Assembly: GCA_000165425.1 (NCBI GenBank)
Contig: CT868130.1
Coordinates: 543,832-563,831 of the forward strand
DNA from: Paramecium tetraurelia
Taxonomy: Eukaryota
Direction of reading: 5' to 3'
Length of the DNA: 20,000 nucleotides
In this document: piece after piece, positions 1 to 11,620 of the stretch
How positions within the stretch are numbered: the first letter of the stretch is position 1
Layout: the number at the start of each line of letters is the position of its first letter
Notes under the pieces: generated by a model
Databases searched by the model: none
Told to the model about the DNA's origin: nothing
The model's input: only the letters and a program-made list of their open reading frames with translations
Program-made: the position numbers and the translations under genes

Positions 1-340
1 ATGAAATTAGTAATAGTAAGTATTCATGAGAAAAATAGAATCCAAAGCATCAATAAAGATGGACAATAATTGAAGTTAAAATAAAATTCATAAATGTCAT
101 ATTTTTTGTGATTGTAAACACTATTATAAATGAAGTGGAACAATTAAATTGTAATCACACCTATACGCCTCCTATCTAACCCAAAAGAATTTCAATTAAG
201 TGCAAAAGGTGGATAACTATCTTTTTGGATGATGTGATTTTAGGACTTAAGATTTTTGGATAATTCCATTGATTTTTGTTTTACACATTGTCCATTGAAT
301 GATTTTATACAATAATCGATTGGATTCGAAATACCCATAT

Positions 341-1058
341 TCAATTAAATTATTTGAATTCATCAATCAATTATAATTATAATTCTCTCAATTCATTCAC
401 TCTCTGTTGATTGTCTTAGATCTCTGTTTTCAATCTTTCGTTCTCTTCTATGATTGTATTATAATCAGATTGTAAGCCCTCCTGTTCTAATTACAATTAC
501 TGTAATTAACTTAATAATTCTTCATGGGAATGCTACTCAATCTAATGTTACAAATGAGTGACTTTATCTGCATAATAGTCGATCTCATCAATGTACTCAT
601 CAATAATTTGGTTTGGTTCGATTGTTGATTATTAATTAGTTATTTTTTATTCTTTGGTTGTATTGATATTAATATTTTAATTTGATCTCCTACCCTTATT
701 TTAAACTGTGCTACAATTATTAACAGATTTTTTTTAAGATTAAGTTGCTGATTGCTTACTTTTCTTTTCATTGCAATATTTATTATATAAGGTATTGAAG
801 GTATCATCTGAATATTTTTATGAATGATTTTTAGTTATTTCCTAATAGACCATCTTTAATAGCTCGTATTTTCTAATAATCTATTCCATATTTGAGATAT
901 TCATATTTGTAATCTAATAATGTATTTTTTATAGATACTGCCAATCTTTCTAAGTAAAACAATTCAATCTCTTTAGCATGTTATTTTTCGTATTTTTGTA
1001 GATCTTGAGTCCAATAATCAATTTATTTTAACAATTCGAATTTAGCTTCGTTAATCAT
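341..1058 (-). CDS. Hypothetical coiled-coil protein (~230 aa), 1 intron (914-938)
   Basis: Code 6 translation MINEAKFELLKQIDYW...EENERLKTEIQDNQQRVNELRELQLQLIDEFKQFN-TGA. Removing the 25-nt GTA..TAG intron gives 693 nt in frame. Heptad-like E/Q/L-rich C-terminus. Confidence 0.7.
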
Positions 1059-1116
1059 ATAAATTTATAATAAAATTAAATAATATTTGTTATTTATATA
1101 TAAAATTAGATTCAAA

Positions 1117-2792
1117 ATGAATAGAAGATTACAAATAGAGCATGGGAATCTCAAAGTTAAGAGAGCTCTTATGAGATAATAGATCAATTAATCCCATAGA
1201 ATCGATAGGGATTTTGACATCGATGAAAGATTTCGTTCAAATTCAATGTGTATGAAAAATGATGAATTTGAGATTGAAGACCCTGAATATTATGATCAAT
1301 AATAAACTTGGGAAAGACTGGATAGATTGGTACAAAGTTTACCAAACTAAAGAAACAGTTGTTCATGGGTGATATTCGAAGATTGTATGTATATTTTTGG
1401 TGGGTTTACCTTTAATGGAAGATTGGATGATGTCCACAGATATTCATTTCAATCGAACCAATGGTAAAGGTTGAACACTACTGGAACCAAACCCACTGCA
1501 AGAGAGAATAATGGCGCAATTGAATATAAAGGGTAAATGTACATATTTGGGGGATGTGATGGATTATTATGGTTAAATGACTTTTATTCATTGAATCTAA
1601 AAACTTTGATTTGGGAAAAGATAGAACCTACTGGTCAATGTCCATCTGAAAGATTTGGAATAGCCTGTGGAGCATACTAGACGAAAATGTTAATTTTTGG
1701 TGGATGTGATGGCAATCATTATCTCAATGATGCTTATGTATGGGATTTTGAAGAGCAAGTTTGGAATAAATTATAATTAATTGGAGACATACCCTCTGCT
1801 AGATCTTGTCCTTCATTCAGTGTATTAAATAATTAAATCTATATTTTTGGTGGTTTTGATGGTGTTAATAGATTGAATGATTTCTACAAAATTAACATAT
1901 TCACTGGAAAAGTAAAAAGAATTAGTCAACATGGCACAATACCATGTCCAAGATATGTAAATTATACATATGATTATTTAGTTTCATGCATCTGAAATTT
2001 ATTAAAATAAGTTATTATTATTTGGTGGATTCAATGGTCAAGCAAGACTAAATGATTTGTACGAGTTTGATTTTGGAATTAAAACTTGGAAAAAACTGGA
2101 AGTGCATGAATCACCTAAAGGGAGATCTAGTATGGTTTTTTAAATATACAACGATTCCCTTTATATTTTTGGAGGATATGATGGTGATGAGTTACTCAAT
2201 GACATCTATAAACTAGAATTTAAGAATGCTCATATGCCTAGATCTAGCTTTCTATCAGATTTGCATACTTTGATTAACAATCCTTTGATGAGTGATGTAG
2301 TGTTCCTTGTGGAGGATCATTAAATTTATGCTAATAAATGTATTCTAGGTGCGAGAAGTGAACACTTTCAGACTTTGTTTTTTGAGGAATTCAGAGATAA
2401 AGAATAAATATTCATAGAAATCACTGATTGTGCTTATTAAACATTCATGGATATGTTACTGTATATCTATACAGATCAACTAGATTACTCTTTCAATACA
2501 AATAGGCTATTAAATCTCATCATTCTATCTGATTAATATTTGCTATAAAGATTGAAATATTTATGCGAAGAGTAGTTAATTAGGAAAATTAATTGCAATA
2601 ATGTTATTGATATAATCTTATTTTCAAAAAAGTAATTTTCCATTTTATATTAGATATAATTGTAAATTATTGTTAGTATAAACAATGAAATAACTGATTG
2701 ACAATATTTCAACTATTAAAAAAAGGAAAGATTTTATTAAATTGGCTTAAGAACCTGAAATACTTTTGGAGATTATACAAAAGAAATGTTGA
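1117..2792 (+). CDS. Kelch-repeat + BTB/POZ protein, LZTR1-like (~542 aa); introns 1957-1981 and 2632-2653
   Basis: Six Kelch repeats (YIFGGFT, YIFGGCD, LIFGGCD, YIFGGFD, LLFGGFN, YIFGGYD, each followed by LND/LDD), then a BTB domain (SDVVFLVEDHQIYANKCILGARSEHF...LLYIYTD) and a BACK-like tail. Spliced length 1629 nt is in frame. Confidence 0.9.
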
Positions 2793-2866
2793 TTAATATA
2801 TATTACTCTTTATAATTATGCAGTTTGTGATATCAGAAGTAGAATAATTATATTAAATTATTAAAT

Positions 2867-3349
2867 TCAATTATTTAATAATGCTAATAAATCCATTTCA
2901 ACTTTTTCAAACTCTGATTTTAGTTTATTTAAAAAGTTTGTGGTTATTTAAGTGAAGTTCATTTATATTCTATCCTTTTATTCCTCCAATTATTATTTAG
3001 TATTAGTTTTAACTTAATTCACAGGTTTTTCTTGCACTTAATCCTTTCTAGTTTTGCTAACAATTTTACTTTCTGTTTTATCCTTTTTCAATTTGCCTTG
3101 TTCTACCTTAGCATTATTCTTATTTGCTTGTGCAGTGCTCTACTCTTAATAAATTTGCTTAATTTATTCCATTACTTTTTGATATTGAAGATTATATATA
3201 TTAGTATTTGTTTTTAATTCACAATTTTCAGAATTTTTAATGGGACAATCAATTTTAGAGGCTCCTTCCCTCAATTTTGGCTTATTTTGCTACTAATCTA
3301 ACTGACTACTTTACTTCTCGACCCTTTCTTATTTAACTTTCTTTAGCAT
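2867..3349 (-). CDS. Hypothetical Lys/Gln/Glu-rich protein (~160 aa), intronless
   Basis: Open code-6 frame MLKKVKQERVEKQ...LKSEFEKVEMDLLALLNN-TGA with purine-rich coding-like composition. No recognisable domain. Confidence 0.6.
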
Positions 3350-3610
3350 TTATTTAATTAGTACATCTACCTCAAGAAATATATTGAATTAAAATAAAAA
3401 AATCAACCTAATAATTTTTTATTAATTTATATAGATATTTATTTAAATATTAACAAAGAAACAATGAATAACCTAAATGAAATATATAAAAAATCAGATA
3501 TTCTATTTATTCCCTACATAGAAATAATAGATATTTTTTGAAGATTAACATAATTATACCTAAATACAATCAAATTTATATTATGATTTATTTATTTATA
3601 AAATTCATTA

Positions 3611-5684
3611 TCACACATATAATGCTAATAAAAATGAATTTATTAGATATATTAATTCCTCCTTAGTTACAATATTAATGTTGGAATCTTCAGAATCAGT
3701 AGAATTAGAAGTTTAATTTGTGTCTGTTGAATTCAACGCTTAATTTGTATCTGTTGAATTAGATGTTGTATCAGTAGAATTAGATGTCGTATCAGTTGAA
3801 TTAGTAGAAGTATCTGTTGAATTACTGGTAGGATTCGAAGTACTATTGTTGTTTGTATTTGTTGAATTAGTATCAGAATTTGTATTTGTAGAATTAGTGT
3901 TATTTGAAGTTGAATTTGAAGCCGACAAATTTACTGTAAGTAACTCGATTAACTTATAATTATCGCAAAAACCTCCTCTCAAAACATATCCTGCCTTGCA
4001 TGAAGTACATTTATTATAATTTGAACACACCAAACAATTCTATGATTATTAGAAGTAATAAATACAGCTGGGCATCCAATACAATACTTGATATTTTCAT
4101 TGACATAAGTGGAATCTGGACATTTGTCTAAGCAAGAACCCTTGTATCTATATTTGGTGCATTCTACACTGCAATCTTTTGAGGAGTAACCTTACATACA
4201 GATACACTAAAATATCATAATTGTAGAATACTTCTGTGTTTATACAAAAACCTTTTGAACTACAAGAATTTGGGCATTCATCAACATTTTAACAAAATTC
4301 TTCGGGATTTGAAGGACATTTTAAACTGCCATAATAATTTTCAGGAAGTTTAATGCTCTCCGTTTCGGAACAATCGAATTCTTTTCCATCAACAACAAGT
4401 GATAATTTATTTGATACATCACATTTGTATTATATGCAAGTGTAGTCTGAATATGTTTTTGATTTTGAGACTGATCCAGAAATACAAATACTATCAGAAC
4501 CAAAGTGTTAGATTAAACTTGATGATTTCCAATAGTCGAAATTATCAGGATCCCTGCAATCGTAATTAGAGTAGATGTATTAATATTTGCATGGTCCTGA
4601 TAATTATTCAGACATACATTTTGAAACCCCAGATTTATAAAAGGAACAGGACTTGGCTTAATCTACTGAGCAGAACTCAGAAAAGGTGCCTCCTTAGCAT
4701 TGTGAATTTGCAAAATCACATCCTTTATTTTTCCCCCATAATGCTTTATCTGGTGAATATTCAGCTATTCGATAGAATCTTCATATAGATATCATTTTTA
4801 CCCTGTGTCTTAAAATAGTTCAAATGTAAAATCTGTGATCAAGAAGTTTCCTGTCATGTCAGAACCTGTCATTATTTCATTGTAATAGAGAGTTCTCTCA
4901 AAATGGGAGCCTTGAGTCCCAGATCCTCCATTGTTTTCCATTTGCATTCCTTTTAATGTAGTGCAATTAAAATGATACTGAACAAAATTAGTTACCCTTG
5001 GGGTTGACAAGTAAATCACTTTTGAAACAGTATAGCTATTAGACGTGTTGTAGCTTTCTCCTGTGACTGAGTCATAATATCTAAAGAAATAATCATCCAC
5101 AAATCCTAATCCATGTATGATTTCATGCACTGCAGTCTCAACATTATTTTCAAATAGGGAATCCGTCATTTCCGACAATTTTGAATAATATATATTCCAA
5201 GACACCAAAGCAAAAATCGGTCGTAAAGTTAATTCATCATAAACTGCAGGACCACAATATGCTAAATAAGTTTCTGAATCTGAATTCTCCACATTTATAA
5301 ATAAAACCTATATTAAAATAAAGGGGATACTAAATCTGCATCATATTCTTTCTGTTTTAATTCGTTGCTAATTGTGAATCCAAAAATTGATTTTGGATAA
5401 CTACTTTAATAAGTAATCTTTTAACTTGATCTCCGAATTAACAAATGTTTTTAAAAGAATGTAGTTGTGATTCCCAGTACAGTTTATAAAAATTTCACTG
5501 ATGCAGGATCGTATGTATTATCCAAAAATTCATAATGAATCCTTAATGGTTCCCAAGTTAAAGAAGTTATATTTGGTTTACTCTCCTCTAATTTCCGTTT
5601 TGATCCTTCACTCAACTTATAGTTCAATAACGATTCAGCATCAATGCAAGCCAACATTAGGAATGAAAATATAAACGAAAACAT
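3611..5684 (-). CDS. Leishmanolysin/GP63-like zinc metalloprotease (peptidase M8), secreted and probably GPI-anchored (~658 aa); introns 5308-5330, 4779-4801, 4207-4231, 4040-4065
   Basis: N-terminal signal peptide MFSFIFSFLMLACIDA; AVHEIIHGLGF (HExxH); MENNGGSGTQGSHFER..NEIMTG (M8 signature); FQDTGFY..WGKNKGCDF; Cys-rich repeats; S/T/N stalk; hydrophobic C-terminus LIYLINSFLLALYV. Spliced length 1977 nt is in frame. Confidence 0.92.
3747..3830 (-). repeat. Four 21-nt coding tandem repeats (xxNSTDT) within the GP63 stalk
   Basis: gtatctgttgaattagatgtt / gtatcagtagaattagatgtc / gtatcagttgaattagtagaa / gtatctgttgaattactggta, with degenerate copies on either side. Confidence 0.85.
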
Positions 5685-6333
5685 CTAATTAATTTAATAT
5701 TTTTTTAAAAATATCATTTTTTGAACTTATTTCTGATTTCATAATATGTATGTCTAAATTATTTTACTTTATAATAGCCACATAATATTTGTTTATAATT
5801 TACAAGAATGATAATAATCATTATTTGGTATAGAATTTATAAGATACAATCTAAGTCAATAAAGAGGAGATATCCTTTTGGAGAATCCTTCTATTTGACA
5901 TAGTACTCAATAGACTCGGTGTAAGGAAGTTTCAACAAAATTTATTATGATACTTAATATAAATTTATTCTCTTTCATTGTTTAATCAGTTTGTGTTCTA
6001 TAAATTTGATTAGAATGAAATTCTTATGATTTACTCTCTACTAATATACATCATGATGTCTAAATTTTCATTTACTCTTAATTTTAACTATAGATTTAAA
6101 AGTCTCACTAAAACCATAAAAATACAAAGTTAATTAGAGTTAATTCACTCATAACAAAAACATGAAATCTTTAGCAATTAGTATTTTTAAAAAGCATCTT
6201 GATATAATTATGGTTTGAGTAGTTTAAAAGTAAATTAGTTTTAGTATCACTTATTATTAAAATATTTTTGGAAAAAAAGAATAAAACAATATAGTTTTTC
6301 CATTAATTTTATAATTAACAATAATAAATTTTT

Positions 6334-9300
6334 ATGATTAAAAACTCTGATTTGGAAGGGGATCTCATGATTGTTACTATCATTCCGTTAAGAATAATAG
6401 GAAGTAGAAAAATATTTGGGAGTATATTGTCAATTGTAACTCTTTTTATATTTTCTTTGATGTATTTTAAAACATAAAATATTAAGATGTCGATGGTTTA
6501 TATCAATAAAATTACGTTTTTATTACAACGAAGAAAAGGAAATTTTGTATGCAACCCATTTACTTATTATCAATTTACATGGAGAGAAGGAAATACACAA
6601 AGTTAAAAGGAATACGAATTCAAATTGCATTTATTTTAAATATAGACATATAGAATATAACTTTGAAGATAATAAATTTCATCCTTTAGATACAGGCTAC
6701 GTTGGGAAGGATTTCGACTCATAAAATGTAAATCCATTAAGTGAAGGAAAAGTTTTTGAATTAAATCGAACATTTGGAAACTGTGAAGTTTTGGTTCCCA
6801 TTCCAAGTATCACTTCATTTTTTGAGAATGAACTCACATCTCCACTTTATTTCACTTAATATACTTCAATCACTGTCTTCATGTTAGAGGGCTTTTACTA
6901 GTTAGCAATCCTATAACCAATTATAGCATTGTTGACATCTTTAATAAATTACATTATTCTAAGAAGAGCTATGCAATAGTTAAAGAAGAAAGCAGAGAAC
7001 TATTAGTAGATTTCAGTATTTAGATAGAATATATCTGGTAAGGTGGAATGCATTACAATCAATTCAATTGAGTTAGTTCCTGGAGATGTAATCTAAATAT
7101 TCTGTAATTAAATATTGCCGTGTGATGGTTTGATATTAACTGGAGAAGTATTGGTTGACGAATAATCATTAACAGGAGAATCAATTCCTGTGTAAAAGGA
7201 ACATGTAACAAAAGATCTCTTGACTAACTTCAATTATTAAACCTACAAAAAATCAATCTTGTTTGATGGAACCAAAGTTTTAGATATCAAAAACACAGTA
7301 AAGGTTCTAGTCTTAAGAACGGGGTATTTATCCTACAAAGGGTAAATATTTCGAAATGCCTTATACCCTAAACCACCAAAAATCATATTTTTTATAGATG
7401 CAGTTAAATTCCTAGTGATAATTGCTGCTTTGATCATTGCATTGTATTTTGGATTACTATGGAAGATGGTTCTATTAGATTATGATCCAAGTCTCATTGC
7501 TTTGAGATTAGGAGATGCAATAGTGTGGATTCTACCTCCAAATATAGTAACAGTTGTGAATCTTACGATGACAGCAACCCTTAGCAGATTGAAATTAAAA
7601 AAGATTCTAGGAACTCAACCAGATAAAACTTTAGAAGCATCGTAAACAGATGTTATTTGTTTTGATAAGACAGGCACTTTAACAACCAATGAAATCAAAG
7701 TGAAATATGTATTTGATGATAAAAATAATAAAGTGTAATCAATATCAGATAGATAAATATTATAAATATTGATGTCTTCCTGTCATCAATGTTACTTATT
7801 AGATAATTAATTGATAGGTGATACCTTAGAAATTGCTATGATAAATTATTCAAAACTAAATATTTAATAAGATAGTGAGTGTAAATTTAAAGTCATTTTA
7901 AATGAGAATGATTCAAATTTGGGGAGTTAAGAAATCACTTTGAAAGTGATTAAGATTTTTGAGTTTTCAAGCAACTTATAAAGGATGGGTGTGATAGCAA
8001 TGAGTGATTAAATTATAAGAGAGAACCAAGAAAAAAGTCAAGGAGACACCAAGATCTAAAGTTATTAATACTTTTATTTTACTAAAGGATCAGCTGAAAA
8101 GATATCCTAATTGTGTATGTCTACACCAGAAGGATTTAAAGATTTAATAACTTAGGAATCTCTCAAAGGGATGAGAATTATAAGTGCTGGATATAAGAGA
8201 ATAGATTCATAGGATATTCATAAATCTTAAAATGAATTAGAATAACGCTTGAACTATTTGGGATCCATCATTTTTGAAAACGAATTAAAAAACGATTCAG
8301 CATAAACAATTGAAGAATTAAAGAAGGCTTAATTAAAAATGAAAATAATAAGCGGAGATCATATCTTAAGTTGCATAAATTGTGGAATTGAAAGTGGAAT
8401 AATTGAATTTTAATAGTTAACCATTGTAATTGATTATGATGTCGAGTAGAATGATCTCACACTATAGGAGTTGAATAATAATCAAATAAAAGAATTAGAA
8501 GGAAAGAGTATTAATTAATCATCTTATGAGATGCTCTAATCACTTTTACCAAGTTCATTATATGTAAATTCTATTTATGCTACTAAGACACATTAGAACT
8601 ATTAATGGGCAATGAGTGGTTAGGCGTTTGAATATCTTAAAGATAAGAAGATACTAAATGAACTCATCTATTTATGTTAAATCTTTGGCAGAATGAGTCC
8701 ATCTCAGAAGAGTGAGGTAGTGAAAATACTATAGGAGCAAAGACTTCACGTGTGTATGATAGGTGATGGGTCAAATGATTGTCATGCTTTAAAATAATCA
8801 AACATAGGTATATCATTTTAGCAATGTGATGCAGCCTTAACTGCTTCCTTTGTTAATACTAATGATAGCATAAATTGTATAATTGAAGTACTATTATAGA
8901 GCAAAGCTACGTCATGTAATGTTATGGAGATTTTCAAATATTATATGATTATAAATGTAAGTAAATATGTATCTGCATAATTGATGATGTATCAGATGCA
9001 GAATTTCAACAATGAAGAACTATTGTATCTGAATTATTTGAGTAATATTCCAATTGTTGCGTTGCAAACCTTGACTCCTCCTTCTAGGAAATTGACGAAA
9101 GACAAAATTAACACTTCAATGATCAGCTTATCAAACTTCATTCCTATTTTGATTATACTTATCTTTAGCGGATTGAATATGTTGGGAAGTTATCTAATCC
9201 TTTATTATTAAGAATGGTATGTACCATATGATAACAATGAGAATGATACAAGATATTTCTTTTATGGAGATATGAACACTTAACAGTTCCTCAACATGAA

Positions 9301-9586
9301 TATTTATTTTTTATTATCTTTTTATTCCATCAATACTTATGGACCGTTTAAGATACCATTTTGGAAACAACACCATTTGAATATTCCAGTCTTGGCATTC
9401 TTGATTTTGGGGATACTTATTTAATTTGTAGAAATGGGCTCTATTGATAATTATTTGGGGTTAACAGATATCAAGTTGAATGGCTAATATGAACTCAATT
9501 AATTCTATTTCAACATCACAATCTCAATGATAGTTATATTGATAGGAAGATTAGCATGGATTAAATAATATATATATTAATAATGA
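6334..9586 (+). CDS. P5-type (ATP13A-like) P-type ATPase (~1075 aa), 1 intron (6462-6486)
   Basis: LVPGD, VDEQSLTGESIPV, LFDGTKV, VLRTG, CFDKTGTLT (phosphorylated Asp codon at 7664), FEFSSNLQRMGV, KGSAE, ISGDH, FGRMSPSQK, MIGDGSNDCHALK, and several TM segments. Spliced length 3228 nt is in frame. Confidence 0.92.
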
Positions 9587-11118
9587 TTATAAATAAAACT
9601 TAATCAAACTTGAATAATATCAATTTCAATGATATTATAATTCCAATAAAGTTGCAGCATCCCTCCAGAAGAGTTCAAGTCCTGGAAACTGGCAAGGCAA
9701 TGCAATTATTGAAAAGCTATCAAAAAACACCCTAGATTCTAACAGAATTCCATTCTCCAATAATAGTCAATAGTATAAAATTAAGGAAAGACTCTAATTA
9801 TTCATTACAACAATCATAGCAATTAACTGATAAGGAAACCAAACCATCCAAGATTGAATAAGAACTCATCCCTAGCAAATTTAAATAAATTAATCTTCAA
9901 AGCAGTTTACCCTAGATTCCACTCTCAACAATGAATACCTAAACTAAATTAAACGATTTAACTCGAACTAGCAAACTGGTTCAATCACCCAAAAACAGTG
10001 ATACAAAAAGATCGTTAGTGAGATCATAATTTAAAACGAATAGCAACAATCACAAAAATAATCTGACCAACAATTCCACAACCACTGGAAGTAGCAAAGA
10101 TTCAAGCTAAAATTAAATCAACTAATAGTATTAAATCTATGCCAAAAATATTATCTATTCTTATTGTGGAAAACCAAGAAAGCGAAGAGTAAATGTTTCT
10201 GCTAAAAGTTTCATTGTTTATGATTGCATCGAAAATAGGATAGTTTCTTAGAGAAAGTGTAACAAGAGGATGGAAATAGCTAGTTTAACCAAGATTATGA
10301 CATTCTACATAACGATGGTTATCTTAGCAAAATTCAATCTAAATTCTAAAGAAATTAGAGTCAAGGTTACTAAAAAGGCCTCAGAGACCATTGGCACAAC
10401 ATCTGAATTGAAATACAATGACATCTTGACTATCCAGGATTTATTGTATGGATTGATGCTACCCTCAGGAAATGATGCTGCAATTCTCATTGCCTAGACC
10501 ATTGGCACAATTATGTAAGGGTTTAAAATTATTCAGTTAGATTATTTTATGAATCCAATAAGTACTTGGATAGTACATTGATAGATATTGAACAAATGAG
10601 TGCTGAAGGACATTATTATAATGTTGAATTGAAGACTCAATTATGTCCTATTGAAATTTTCATTAGCAAAATGAATTATTATTCAAATTTGATGGGTTAA
10701 TAAAACACTCAATTTGCATGTGTTCATGGATTGGCTAATGAAGATAATGTATGTAAATCTCTTATCCTAGTATTCAAGTTGTCATGACATTGTGTTATTA
10801 TCATTAGAATGTTTGAAATATGATATATTTCATTAAGTCATCTCCTGTAAGGAATACATTTCCAAATCATTAAACAATAACAAATATTACGAGTGGAAAA
10901 ATACAAACAAATTATTAGAAAAAGGATTTTTTGGTATTAAAACAGGCATAACTGATTCTGCTGGTCCTTGTCTTGCAAGTGCTTATCGGTCTAATGAAAA
11001 GGAATATTACATCATTGTTGTATTGAGCTGTAAGAATTTGCAACTGAGATTTGATGAAACTATTTCATTGTTATAACATGCAAAATACAAAAAGTCTTTG
11101 AATTCTATTATATAATGA
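9583..11118 (+). CDS. D-alanyl-D-alanine carboxypeptidase-like protein (peptidase S11, low-MW PBP fold) with long polar N-terminal extension; introns 10515-10540 and 10749-10770; start at 9583 or 9700
   Basis: VSAKSFIVYD; IASLTKIMT (SxxK, 10282-10293); LMLPSGNDAA (SxN, 10465-10473); FACVHGL; WKNTNKLL; GIKTGITDSAGPCL (KTG, 10939-10947). The frame is open from ATG 9583 to TGA 11116-11118 after splicing. Confidence 0.85.
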
Positions 11119-11620
11119 ATTAACCATATAAATACTTATTCAAATACAATTCTAAGTTTAATTAATTACTGAAAAAATATACAAGAAAATTAAGTAAAAT
11201 TAAATTGTCATATCCAAAAAAGTAAATTATGTAATAGATTTATCAAAATGAATAAAATTAGGTACTAATAGTAGTTTTATTCAATATAAATTTAAGGTTA
11301 AATGATATCAATCTAATTGTGTTGATAATTCTTTATATGTATTCATATGTATATTATAGATTTATCATATTAAAAAAAATCATATTATTTGATAAATCTG
11401 CTTAATTACTTTACTCTTGATTTATACCTTTTGAAAACTAAATCTAACCTTTCCTTTATTCATTCAGATAGAAATCTAGAAGGAAATTTCAATTCAGAAA
11501 CTTAATATTTAGACAGTATTCTTTTTATATACATAGTATTTTCTAGAAACTTTAACATAAATTATATTGAATTTTAAAGTAATCTTTTTTTACAGAAATA
11601 AAATAATTAAAAAATTAGTA

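Noticed and set aside
155..343. 61 further open codons in frame after the TGA at 341-343 (possible readthrough or Sec)
   Set aside because: With TGA as the only stop, open stretches of this length are common by chance. No SECIS or recognisable motif.
9583..11118. Bacterial contamination or a bacterial operon as the source of the S11 gene
   Set aside because: It has host-type 22 and 26 nt introns, TAA/TAG Gln codons and eukaryotic neighbours.
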